In this document: positions 8,030-16,793 of the stretch, one piece after another
Numbering within the stretch: position 1 is the first letter of the stretch
Layout of the letters: every line of letters starts with the position of its first letter
Source: Okeania sp.
GTDB taxonomy: Bacteria; Cyanobacteriota; Cyanobacteriia; Cyanobacteriales; Microcoleaceae
Assembly (NCBI RefSeq): GCF_035285525.1
Contig: NZ_JAYKGW010000031.1
Coordinates: 1-32,000, forward strand
DNA length: 32,000 bases
Reading direction: 5' to 3'
Notes under the pieces: model-generated
Told to the model about the DNA's origin: nothing
The model's input: the letters and a program-made list of their open reading frames with translations, nothing else
Databases searched by the model: none
Made by a program: the position numbers and the translations under genes

Positions 8030-8603
8030 TTAAATACCAGAAACTTTTTGATAAATTAATTCAATTTCACAATTCAAATCTACACTAGCAAAATCAACTT
8101 TTTCTCCTCTTTTATAAGTTTGATAAATCCAAATTCCTTGTTCATTTTTCCGAAAACATTCTATACTCATCTCAGACTGATTAATTAATACATATTCTTG
8201 TAAACTTGTAGCTGTTTGATAATCGGTAAATTTGCCTCCTCTATCAAATTTAGCTGTGCTGGGAGACAAAATTTCTATGATTAAAGACGGATAAAGAATA
8301 AAGTCTTCAGTTGAACTTAAATCTCGTTGATCACAAGTTACTACCACATCAGGATAATAATAACAATTAGCTTCTTCTAGTCGAACTTTCATATCAGAAG
8401 GAAGTACAATACAGTCATTATCCAGAAGATGATTGCCTAATAATCTGACTAAGTTACTAGCAATAACAACATGGGGTAAAGAAACCCCTACTCTTGCATA
8501 AATTTGGCCTCGTCTATACTCATATTTAATCGGACTTTGTTGCTCTCTCTCCTGCTAAATAGTCTTCTGGAGAAACATAGAATTGATTTTGGTTAGCTAT
8601 CAT
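8030..8603 (-). pseudogene. Uma2-family putative endonuclease with one frameshift
   Basis: MIANQNQFYVSPEDYLAGE (ATG at 8603) is in one frame, and REQQSPIKYEYRRGQIYA...MKVRLEEANCYYYPDVVVTCD...IIEILSPST is in the frame of ORF 8030-8392. The shift lies in the ggagagagag run at about 8540-8552. Confidence 0.75.
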
Positions 8604-8649
8604 TAAATTTTACTCTGCTATTTTTACTGTTATATTATATAATATTAGC

Positions 8650-8801
8650 GTAAGCATTCAGCTATTAGCTCAAGCGCAATAAAAATCAATGGCAAGCACT
8701 CTTTTAAATTCTACTTTTTAACCATATATATGACGTTTAATATCTATATTTATGGACGTAAATTATAGATTTCCTTCAAAAGCTGATAGCTGAATGCTTA
8801 C
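8650..8801. mobile_element. 152-bp MITE, GTAAGCATTCAGCTATyAGCT terminal-inverted-repeat family
   Basis: The terminal inverted repeat is 21 bp with one mismatch (gtaagcattcagctattagct / agctgatagctgaatgcttac). Related copies lie at 9633-9790, 12676-12720 and 12728-13041, and an isolated end lies at 7990-8032. Confidence 0.8.
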
Positions 8802-8879
8802 ATATTAGCTATAGTTTAATCAAAAACAATTGACAATTAGAGATAGTTTTCATTATTCATTATTCATTATCCATTAATT

Positions 8880-9450
8880 ATGATTGCAATTAAAAATTCT
8901 CAATATATTACTGCCCAAGAATATTTGAAATGGGAGGAAAAACAACCGATTAAACATGAATATATTGACGGTGAAGTTATAGCGATGACTGGGGAGACTA
9001 TTCCCCACAGTGAGATTATTGCTAATCTGACAACAGCATTAAAAAATCATTTGCGCGGGAAAGGTTGTAAAGTCTTAGTAGCAGATGCAAAGGTGGAAAT
9101 ATCTGAACAAGGACAATTTTTTTTATCCTGATGTCATGGTTAGTTGTGATGAACGAGATAAAAAGGCAAGAAAAACGATTCAATATCCTTGTTTAATTAT
9201 TGAGGTTTTATCTCCAGGAACAGAATCTTTTGACAGAGGAAAAAAGTTTCAAAATTATCGTCGCATTTCTACTTTGAAAGAATATGTTTTGGTGAGTGCT
9301 AATGAAATAATGATTGAATGTTTTCGGTTGAATGAAAAGGGAGTTTGGGAGTTTTATTCCTATCATGAAGGGGATAATATTGAGTTGAAAAGTGTTAATT
9401 TTAGTTGTCCTCTAGATTTAATTTATGAGGATGTGTTTTTAGGGGAATAA
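8880..9450 (+). pseudogene. Uma2-family putative endonuclease with a single frameshift in a T8 run
   Basis: ORFs 8880-9131 and 9085-9450 together give a full-length Uma2 (...EISEQGQFF|YPDVMVSCDERD...LIIEVLSPGTESFDRGKKF..Y). The frames join if one T of 9117-9124 is removed. Confidence 0.8.
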
Positions 9451-9468
9451 TTGTCAGATAAAGTTAGC

Positions 9469-9570
9469 GATCGCCTATTTACATCTGAGAAAATTGAGTT
9501 AAAATTCGATGATTTTAACTATTCTTTCAAGATGATTTTTTCATCTTTAATATTATTTGCCAACTCCTTT
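9469..9570. repeat. ~105-nt module found 3' of Uma2 genes, copy 2
   Basis: It starts 18 nt after the Uma2 stop codon. See 7846-7950. Confidence 0.75.
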
Positions 9571-9632
9571 TATCAGATAGGAAAATTTGCTGAATACACC
9601 TTTTTTTGGCAGTTCTTTTGTTGTCAGCATTT

Positions 9633-9790
9633 AGCAGCCAGCTAATAGCTATCAGCTTCTGAAAAACATCTATAATTTCCGGCTATAAATTATATGGGTT
9701 AAAAGCTCAGATATATAGTTGAAAAGTAGAAGTTGAAAAAGCGCTTGACTTACTTCATTCATTAAAAAACTAAGAACTGACTGCTTACCT
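9633..9790. mobile_element. Degenerate copy of the GTAAGCATTCAGC MITE, inverted relative to 8650-8801
   Basis: The interior ctatcagcttctgaaaaacatctataattt...gttaaaagc...gaaaagtagaagttgaaaaagcgcttg aligns with the reverse complement of 8650-8801. Both termini are degenerate. Confidence 0.6.
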
Positions 9791-9945
9791 TTTGTTTTTG
9801 TATCTATTAATTTTCTAATAGCTTCTGTTTTATCAATAAGTTCATTAATAACATTCTTTATTTCCTCTAGAGTTCCTGATCAAACTTCAATAGAATTTGC
9901 TAAATTTTGTGCTAGTAATTATTGGCTTTCTTCAGTAAGATTTTA

Positions 9946-9981
9946 GAGGTTTCAAACTTTAACCAAGATGTTTGAAACCTC
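9946..9981 (-). terminator. Perfect 12-bp hairpin immediately downstream of the Rpn-family gene
   Basis: gaggtttcaaac - 12-nt loop - gtttgaaacctc lies 9 nt past the stop codon. The U-tract is weak (cuaaaaucuu). Confidence 0.45.
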
Positions 9982-9989
9982 AACTAAAT

Positions 9990-10904
9990 TTATAGATTAT
10001 CCAACCAAGTCAATAAATCATCTAAACTATTAAAATCAAAAAGTGCCTTAACTAAACTTTCTAAATTTTCACTCTTTAAATTAGAAAGGCGATCGCTAAT
10101 CTCTTTATCAACCTCTCCAAAACGTTGATTAATTAAAGACATTACTATTTTTAATTCGCCTTCTACTCTTCCTTCAGCTCTACCTTCTTCTTTAGCATAA
10201 TTTATTTTCCCTCTTTCATCTTGCAACATCATTGCTCGTTTATCAAATTCCTCTAATTCTTGTCTACTATAATTAGCTCTATTTGCAATATTTAGAGCAC
10301 TTTCAATTTCTGGTACTTCCTTTAAAGGTTCGGGAATTATATCCAAACCAGCAGTTTCTTTTAAAAAGAAAATCCACTTATCAATTAAACTCTCTAATTC
10401 CTCTAATTTTTTCTGAAATTTTGGCAATTCCACAAATATTAATTGTAAATCATCCTCTATATAATCAACATTTTTTTTCTTATCTTTAAACACAAATCTA
10501 TTGATTGCTTCCGGAAGTTGAGCAATATCAAACATATTAAAATCAGTAATTGTCACAGCTATTACTGGATTTAGCAGAAAATAAAGTTCACCTTTTTCTA
10601 ATTGATTAGCATAAGTTTTACACAAATTATAAGCCACCCGTTTCTCAAAGGCTTGCATCGGAGAAACTTGCATTTTAATAATTACTATTGAATTGTCAGA
10701 TAATGTGGCTCGAATATCTAAATAAGTATCTTTTAAAGATTCTATTTTAGCCGGATTATAGGGATTATTAATTGTTAAAGATTGGATGATATTTTCACCA
10801 TTATAAATAATGGCATTCAGAAAACTGATAAGTATTTGTTGAGATTGATTAGAGCCGAATATTTTTTTAAAAGCATAATCAATTTTCGGGCTGATAAATT
10901 TCAT
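9990..10904 (-). CDS. Rpn-family recombination-promoting nuclease / PD-(D/E)xK putative transposase (TIGR01784-like), intact
   Basis: The N-terminal motif SPKIDYAFKKIFG is present, the size of 304 aa fits, and the C-terminal helical tail (...LVKALFDFNSLDDLLTWL) is typical of this family. Confidence 0.85.
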   Translation of the reverse strand: MKFISPKIDYAFKKIFGSNQSQQILISFLNAIIYNGENIIQSLTINNPYNPAKIESLKDTYLDIRATLSDNSIVIIKMQVSPMQAFEKRVAYNLCKTYANQLEKGELYFLLNPVIAVTITDFNMFDIAQLPEAINRFVFKDKKKNVDYIEDDLQLIFVELPKFQKKLEELESLIDKWIFFLKETAGLDIIPEPLKEVPEIESALNIANRANYSRQELEEFDKRAMMLQDERGKINYAKEEGRAEGRVEGELKIVMSLINQRFGEVDKEISDRLSNLKSENLESLVKALFDFNSLDDLLTWLDNL

Positions 10905-11130
10905 AATTGTTTAGCAAGAAGTAGATTTATAATCATTTATAGTAACATTATAACTGAAGATTTCAGGAAATAAAAATAAAGTCAAATCAGTGGGATTTTT
11001 CGGGAACCAACCGTGCATCTTTCTCCCATCAGGGCATCTCATCAAAATCGAATCTTCTATATATCAAATCTGGGTAATTACTATATATAACTTAAGCTAT
11101 TAGCCAAGGATTTCAATCCTTGACAATTCT

Positions 11131-12630
11131 TCAATTACTTCTCTTTCTATTTAACTTATCCAACTTTTGTAAAAAATAATTTTCTCGATATCCACCCAAT
11201 TGTCTGGATAATTCTAAACCTTTTTCAAAAGATGATAATGCTAAACCAAAAGCATTTAACTGTGCATAAACTTGCCCCATCCTATCATAAGTTTCCATCA
11301 TTCCATAAACATTAACAAGTTGTTGATCCATCAATAATTGCACTTTATAAATTTCAATTGCTGCCTCTTTTTTATCCTGAGAAAGATATAGTTTAGCTAA
11401 ATTTTCTAAAGCATTACTAGCACTCAAAAACTGTTGAATAGATTGAGCAATACTATAAGCTTCTTGATAGTATTGACTAGCAAGATTAAGTTGACCAAGT
11501 TCCTCATAATCTCTAGCAATAGATATTTTTATCTCTGGAATTTGAGCAATATTTTGTTCGCCTTCATAAAAATCTATTAACCTTTCTTTAGCGACAATTG
11601 CTTGTAAATACTTCCCTCCTTGACTATAAATAAAAGCTAATTGTCGGAGAGTATTTGCCTTTTCCAAATTACTATCTACAGTAGGATTTGTTATTTCTAT
11701 TTCCGATATTTCCAAACTACTTTGCTGCTGAACTTCTAATAATTCTTCATAAGCGATCGCTGCATTATCATAATCCAACCAATTCAAATGTATTTGTCCT
11801 AAATCGGTTAAAGCTTTTTTTAGTGTCGTAATATCCTCTTTTTTTCTAGCTTCAACAATCAGTTGTTGATAAACATTAATAGCTTGTTCTTTAGCTCGAA
11901 CAGTATTAAATGCCGAACCTAATGCTTGTAATAATTCCAAATTTGGAGGTTCTTCTTCTTGAATTTCTGGTTGGAGAATATCCAGTCTTTTTGTAATCCA
12001 TTGAATCTGCAATTTTTGATTATTATTCCATGCTATTTGAGCAACTCTTGATAGAGCTACTAATTCTTCTGTTTTACCAAGATAACGACGCAAACGTAAT
12101 TCTCTATTCCAAGTTGCAAAAGCTTTAATTGTTTCTCCTGCTGCTAATAATGTTGCTGCTTCAAAATTAAGTCTATCAAGTTCCTGAGAAAGTTCTTCTC
12201 GTCTTTCTCCAGTTAAAATTCCTGTCGTCGGGGGGTTTGGTAATAATGGGTCTGGTTCAGTGCTTTCTAGGGGATTAGGAGAAAATATATCTGGAGCTTG
12301 TAATTCTTCCTCTGTTTCTATTTCACTCTCAGTTTCTGTTTTATTCTCAGTTTCTGTTTTACTCTCAGTTTCTGTTTTATTCTCAGTTTCTGTTTTATTC
12401 TCAGTTTCTGTTTTATTCTCAGTTTCTGTTTTATTCTCAGTTTCTATTTTACTGTCAGTTTCTGTTTCACTGTCTGTTTCTGTTTTACTTTTTTGAGCAA
12501 TAATATTTATAGTTGTTTTTCTGAGAGTAAACTGAGAAAATTTAGGAGTTTCTGCTAAACAATAAGTTGAAAGATAGAGGTAAAAAAAACTGCTAGTGCT
12601 AGTTAGGAGTAAATTTTTAATTTTTAGCAT
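11131..12630 (-). CDS. Secreted TPR-repeat protein with an N-terminal (KTETEN)n low-complexity tract
   Basis: A signal-like N-terminus is followed by a TE-rich hexapeptide array and then multiple 34-aa TPR-like units (A..Y.....A..A...LA..Y pattern). Confidence 0.8.
   Translation of the reverse strand: MLKIKNLLLTSTSSFFYLYLSTYCLAETPKFSQFTLRKTTINIIAQKSKTETDSETETDSKIETENKTETENKTETENKTETENKTETESKTETENKTETESEIETEEELQAPDIFSPNPLESTEPDPLLPNPPTTGILTGERREELSQELDRLNFEAATLLAAGETIKAFATWNRELRLRRYLGKTEELVALSRVAQIAWNNNQKLQIQWITKRLDILQPEIQEEEPPNLELLQALGSAFNTVRAKEQAINVYQQLIVEARKKEDITTLKKALTDLGQIHLNWLDYDNAAIAYEELLEVQQQSSLEISEIEITNPTVDSNLEKANTLRQLAFIYSQGGKYLQAIVAKERLIDFYEGEQNIAQIPEIKISIARDYEELGQLNLASQYYQEAYSIAQSIQQFLSASNALENLAKLYLSQDKKEAAIEIYKVQLLMDQQLVNVYGMMETYDRMGQVYAQLNAFGLALSSFEKGLELSRQLGGYRENYFLQKLDKLNRKRSN
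12311..12490 (-). repeat. In-frame 18-bp tandem repeat (about 9 units) encoding KTETEN/KTETES
   Basis: tcagtttctgttttattc is repeated head to tail. The unit length is a multiple of 3. Confidence 0.9.
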
Positions 12631-12675
12631 TTTTACTAATATTTTAATAGTTCAAGATTAACAATTAATTATAAT

Positions 12676-13041
12676 GTAAGCATTCAGCTATTAGCCATCA
12701 GCTATCAGCTAAATGCTTAGATTTAACGTAAGCATTCAGCTATTAGCTTTCAGTTATCAGCAAGAAAGACCTCAATTTTCAGGAGGAAATTTAAACGAAT
12801 ATAGGCTTAAAAGCTGAATTTTGTAGTCAGAAAAACTTCTGATTTATCGGGAACCGTATCATAAAGCTTTTATCTCAAACTATAGCGCTGCACGCAGGGA
12901 ACAGGTATGGAGGGAACACTTAACTGGGAGAATAAATTGCCTATAATATAAAGATTTGAGCTGCTTGGGCACCTCCTGCAATTTGTAAATATTAAGTGCG
13001 CACATTGCTATAAAAGCAATAGCTGACTGCTGAATGCTTAC
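12676..13041. mobile_element. Two adjacent GTAAGCATTCAGC-family elements (45-bp foldback at 12676-12720; 314-bp copy at 12728-13041 carrying small dispersed repeats)
   Basis: The left ends gtaagcattcagctattagc lie at 12676 and 12728, and the right end agctgactgctgaatgcttac lies at 13021-13041. The interior contains the units cgggaaccgt and gggaacaggtatggagggaac. Confidence 0.7.
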
Positions 13042-13044
13042 GAT

Positions 13045-13380
13045 TTAACATACAGCAAAATCAGTATATTCTCTCATATAAGGCGCATGATCAGCCAAAA
13101 CAATATTTTTTGGAGATACACCACGTTCAACTAAAATATTAGCAATACCAACTTCCGTACCATCATTTTGAATCCAAATCTTGTCATTTATCAAGTCAAT
13201 ATGAATAGTCGAACCATAAATACGACGATGTTTATTCCATCCTGTATGAACAAGTTGGTAACGGTCTCTTTCCGTATCAAAAATTAATTCTGATTCTACC
13301 TCACCATAAGCTGGTTTATGACTGCTATATTCAGTCAGAATTTCTTTGATAATTTGTCTATATTCGTCTAGTTTTTCCAT
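13045..13380 (-). CDS. xisI: XisI-family protein
   Basis: MEKLDEYRQIIKEILTEY...RYQLVHTGW...IHIDLINDKIWIQNDGTE.GIA..L...GV....IVL is the characteristic XisI pattern, and the length is 111 aa. Confidence 0.88.
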   Translation of the reverse strand: MEKLDEYRQIIKEILTEYSSHKPAYGEVESELIFDTERDRYQLVHTGWNKHRRIYGSTIHIDLINDKIWIQNDGTEVGIANILVERGVSPKNIVLADHAPYMREYTDFAVC

Positions 13381-13430
13381 TGGATAATTTCCTCATTTAT
13401 TGGCTCAAATATAATCAATTTTAACTGATA

Positions 13431-13784
13431 TTATTGAATAATAAGTTGCACAAAACGACGAGCAAAAAAGGTCTCATAAACTGCAAGAGGGATAGCTAGG
13501 TACAGTGTTCGTCCTGGCTCTTCTGTCTGAAGGGCAAAACGATAGTTAAGGAATTGTCCCAAAACTGTGTGAAATTCTGAAACTGCCGAAGGTTTGAGAA
13601 AGGTTTTAATTTCAACCGCTATTTTTTTTCCATCTTTTTCTGCTGCTAAAAGTTTTTCTGCTGCCAAGTCAATATAAATTTCAACTTCAGCAAAATTAAT
13701 GTAGAGAGGGTCGTGGGTAATGTTCCAACCCTCCTTTTGTAAAGCAGATTTTACTACATCATGGAATCTATCCTTGGCTGCCAT
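13431..13784 (-). CDS. xisH: XisH-family protein, truncated by an in-frame TAA. The full-length frame would run 13368-13784.
   Basis: MAAKDRFHDVVKSALQKEGW.ITHDPL...IDLAAEKLLAAEKDGKKIAVEIK.F...SAVSEFH..LGQF.NYR is typical XisH. After the TAA at 13431-13433 the same frame reads YQLKLIIFEPINEEIIQWKN*, the usual XisH C-terminus, and overlaps the xisI ATG. Confidence 0.85.
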   Translation of the reverse strand: MAAKDRFHDVVKSALQKEGWNITHDPLYINFAEVEIYIDLAAEKLLAAEKDGKKIAVEIKTFLKPSAVSEFHTVLGQFLNYRFALQTEEPGRTLYLAIPLAVYETFFARRFVQLIIQ

Positions 13785-13793
13785 AATATTTTT

Positions 13794-14596
13794 CTATGTA
13801 TGATAAAAAGGGCTGATTTTTGGAATTTTAGTTGATTTATTTAACAGAAAAATTCTCTTCTTTTTATATGAATTATTTCTTGGGATATTGATGATATATT
13901 TGATATTCACTAACAATAAATTCCTGACCAGATTTAAGAATCTTTGTTTGAGCTTCATTAGACATCTCCAAAAATAAAAAATTAAATCAATTCTTATCCA
14001 TAAATTATCAATTATTTCTTCCTGTTCCCACATATCTAGTGTTCCCTGTTCCCTCATTTGGAGGAGATGTCTATTGAAACCAACATTATTATAAAATTTT
14101 CTGGCTTTATAATTATCTTTGGCTACAATTAATGATACTAAATCTACTCCATTATTAATTGCTTGATTACAGGCTTGTTTTACTATCCGAGTTCCATATC
14201 CTTTTCCTCTTTCTTCAGGAATGACATATAAATAACAGCACAATGCCCATGTTTTACCAACATAAAGTTTATTCCATTCATTATCATCATCCTGTAGATT
14301 TTTAGCTATAATTGTTTCTATATGACCAATAGAAATTTGATTAACATAGGCAACATAAATAGTCTGTTTTAAAAGTTGTCTTCCTCTTTGATTTTTTAAG
14401 TAAGTTTCGTGATTATTCCAATGCCATTTATGAGCGATCGCTTCAGCAGTAATTGTGGTCTGCCTAAATCTCCTCTATCAATAAGTTGTAAAATTTCCTC
14501 CCTTTCTGAATTAAGCCATTCTGCAAAAAGTTGAGCGTTTTTTCTTCTTTCAAATCACCATATTTTCGGTATGCAAAATGTTTGATCTTCAATCAT
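13794..14596 (-). pseudogene. GNAT-family N-acetyltransferase, frameshifted
   Basis: The acetyl-CoA motif VIPEERGKGYGTRIVKQA is in ORF 13794-14243. The upstream parts (AQLFAEWLNSEREEILQLIDRGDLGRP; TTITAEAIAHKWHWNNHETYLKNQRGRQLL...) lie in two other frames, and the ATG candidate at 14596 is in yet another frame. Confidence 0.55.
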
Positions 14597-14638
14597 TGTC
14601 AAATCTCCCCACACTTCCCATACTTCCCAAACTCTTTC

Positions 14639-14726
14639 AGGACTTACCCAAAGGCATTATTATAGAGTTTAAAAAGTATAACGTTATAGTTTTTAACGCT
14701 AAATGTGTGGTATTTGCCTAAGCCCT
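14639..14726. mobile_element. Degenerate AGGACTTAC-family MITE
   Basis: aggacttaccca...gcctaagccct, with imperfect termini. Confidence 0.5.
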
Positions 14727-14779
14727 ATCTTTTTACACCGATACTACCGAATTTGATATAACCCTTCTACCTTCTTCCG

Positions 14780-15826
14780 CTATCTCAAGTTTAATTTTTT
14801 TTGCATCTGTTTGACAGATTGATAAATTTCTGGTAAACGTTTATAAATAGCAGAAGCTTTCAAATAAATCTTATTAGGAACTGCCGGACTACTAGAAACA
14901 ATTTCTCCCGCAGCAATATCATTATGAACACCCGCTTGAGCAGTAGCGATCGCTCCATTTCCGATTTTTGCCTGGTTCGCAACTCCTACTTGACCTGCTA
15001 AAATCACATTATCCCCAAGTTTCACGCCACCAGCTAAACCAACTTGAGCTGCCAAAGCACAATTTTTCCCAATTTTACAACCATGACCGATCTGTACTAA
15101 ATTATCTAACTTAGTATTCTGACCTATTCTAGTTTCTCCCACCGCAGGTCTGTCAACGGTAGTGTTACTTCCAACTTCCACCCCATCTTCTAATACAACT
15201 TTGCCAGACTGTTCCATCTTCAACCAACCCTTGGCAGTCGGAACAAAACCAAAACCTTCTCCTCCAATAACTGCTCCACTATGGATGACACAACCTTTAC
15301 CGATCTGACTCCTTTCGTGAATCGAGCAGTTAGCGTGTAAAATCGTATTTTCTCCAATTTCCACATTTGGATAGATCGCTACATTCGGATAAATACAAAC
15401 ATTATCACCAATTTTTACCCCCGCTTCAATCACAACATGAGCGCCAAGATAAACATTTTTACCAACTTTTGCTGTCGGGTGAACTACAGAAGTAGGATGA
15501 ATTTCTGGAGTAGGTTGAAAAGGTTGATAAAAAATAGCGATCGCTTGAGCAAATAATAATCTAGGGTTTTTACTAGACAACCAACTTATACCACGTTCAT
15601 TTGCCAAATTTTGTAGAGTTTCATCCATTGGCAAAATTAAAGCACTAGCTTTTGTCGTTTCTAGATAACTAGCAAATTTTGCTCCTTCAATATAACTGAG
15701 AGTACCTATTTCTGCTTCATCTATTGCAGCTATACTTTGAAGATCTGGATCGAGAGTATTTATTTTTTCCAGACTAGAAGCAACTATCTCAGAACCAAGT
15801 TTACTGGCAAGTTCACTAAATTTCAT
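14780..15826 (-). CDS. lpxD: UDP-3-O-acylglucosamine N-acyltransferase
   Basis: The length of 348 aa, the N-terminal [11 protein letters not shown], and the long run of hexapeptide repeats (left-handed beta-helix, e.g. IG.N..I...V.I) are typical of LpxD. Confidence 0.9.
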   Translation of the reverse strand: MKFSELASKLGSEIVASSLEKINTLDPDLQSIAAIDEAEIGTLSYIEGAKFASYLETTKASALILPMDETLQNLANERGISWLSSKNPRLLFAQAIAIFYQPFQPTPEIHPTSVVHPTAKVGKNVYLGAHVVIEAGVKIGDNVCIYPNVAIYPNVEIGENTILHANCSIHERSQIGKGCVIHSGAVIGGEGFGFVPTAKGWLKMEQSGKVVLEDGVEVGSNTTVDRPAVGETRIGQNTKLDNLVQIGHGCKIGKNCALAAQVGLAGGVKLGDNVILAGQVGVANQAKIGNGAIATAQAGVHNDIAAGEIVSSSPAVPNKIYLKASAIYKRLPEIYQSVKQMQKKLNLR

Positions 15827-16043
15827 AATTATAGAGCGCTACGCGCTAGGGAATAGGTATGGAGGGAACAGGGAACAGCAGAATATTTAAAGAGTTTTAG
15901 GATTTAGAAATTTCCGCGCCCTTTGCTTAAACTGCTATAGTCCCTGCTCCTCAGAAATACTTTTGGATTTCTACCATTTTTCCCAAAAAAAATCAACCCA
16001 CGTCTTGAGGAGTGTGGGAAGTGTGGGGAGAAATAATCATAAG

Positions 16044-16077
16044 CCTGTAGGGACGTTGCATGTAACGTCCCTACAGG
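16044..16077. repeat. Palindromic small dispersed repeat (14-bp perfect stem)
   Basis: cctgtagggacgtt gcatgt aacgtccctacagg. A fragment of it, acgtccctac, also occurs at 3045-3056. Confidence 0.85.
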
Positions 16078-16120
16078 GCTCTATTCAGATGTACAAGGTA
16101 AATAGTCAAAATCTTGTAGT

Positions 16121-16137
16121 GCGGGCATCTTGCCCGC
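16121..16137. repeat. Short GC-rich hairpin repeat
   Basis: gcgggca tct tgcccgc. It lies just downstream of the minus-strand ORF 16177-16518 and may act as its terminator. Confidence 0.6.
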
Positions 16138-16176
16138 GACGGGTGTACTTCACAGCCAGTAGAAAGCACTATCTCT

Positions 16177-16518
16177 TTACGCTTCTTTTTCTTTTTGCAT
16201 TTCTGGCATAGAAACTGCATTTACATCAACTGTATTATCAGTAGCAGTTGAGTCTTGGTTATTCACATTAGATGCTACTGTGGTATCTTGACCCTGACGT
16301 AATTTCATAAAATCAATTACCATCTGAGACACTTCTGCAACTAAAAGAGTGACAATAGCCACATCATCAATTTGTCCTACAATTGGAATAAAATCTGGAG
16401 AAATATCAAAAGGACTTAGTACATAAGCTAAGGTTCCCAGAATAACCCACCAACGATATTTAGGGTTACGAATAATATTGCGATACCAAGTATATAGAGA
16501 TTGAATGGAAAAACTCAT
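16177..16518 (-). CDS. DUF1232 (YkvA-like) membrane protein
   Basis: The motif LAYVLSPFDISPDFIPIVGQIDDVAIV is characteristic of DUF1232. Confidence 0.7.
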   Translation of the reverse strand: MSFSIQSLYTWYRNIIRNPKYRWWVILGTLAYVLSPFDISPDFIPIVGQIDDVAIVTLLVAEVSQMVIDFMKLRQGQDTTVASNVNNQDSTATDNTVDVNAVSMPEMQKEKEA

Positions 16519-16680
16519 TTAATAATCCTCAAATTTAAAATTTACTTACACTTATAATAATGGCAGAATTTCAAACTGTATGTCAGTGTTAATACTAACC
16601 ATAAATTTTTCTAGAAAATTCTACAATTAAAATTCTGGAATAGAGCAATCCAAATTTGTACTATAGCCATAAGAAATCAA

Positions 16681-16747
16681 CTGTAGGGGTTTGGAGGCCA
16701 AACCCTCAGAAGTTAGGAGTAGGTTAAGTTCCCCTCCACCGGAGGGG
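16681..16747. repeat. Cluster of small dispersed repeats downstream of rlmD (hairpin gggtttgg-N-ccaaaccc plus cccctcc acc ggagggg)
   Basis: ctgtaggggtttggaggccaaaccct (16681-16706) has paralogues at 20366, 25467 and 28241. A 7-bp GC stem lies at 16731-16747. Confidence 0.8.
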
Positions 16748-16793
16748 TTAGGGGTGGGTTCTCCTTTGCCAATAAACTATAGACTCATCTACT

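Noticed and set aside
9790-9945. Remnant coding signal on the minus strand (…LLAQNLANSIEV / SGTLEEIKNVINELIDKTEAIRKLIDTK)
   Set aside because: It is readable only across two frames with stops, has no start codon, and belongs to no family I recognise. It is probably a decayed gene fragment and is not reportable as a feature.
12260-12496. 78-aa ORF antisense to the TPR gene
   Set aside because: It is the complement of the in-frame 18-bp coding repeat, and the SVSVLF repeats are an artefact.
15963-16211. 82-aa ORF between lpxD and the DUF1232 gene, and ORF 16691-16960
   Set aside because: They are built from palindromic small dispersed repeats (16044-16077, 16121-16137, 16681-16747), and they overlap the ends of the well-supported minus-strand genes 16177-16518 and rlmD.
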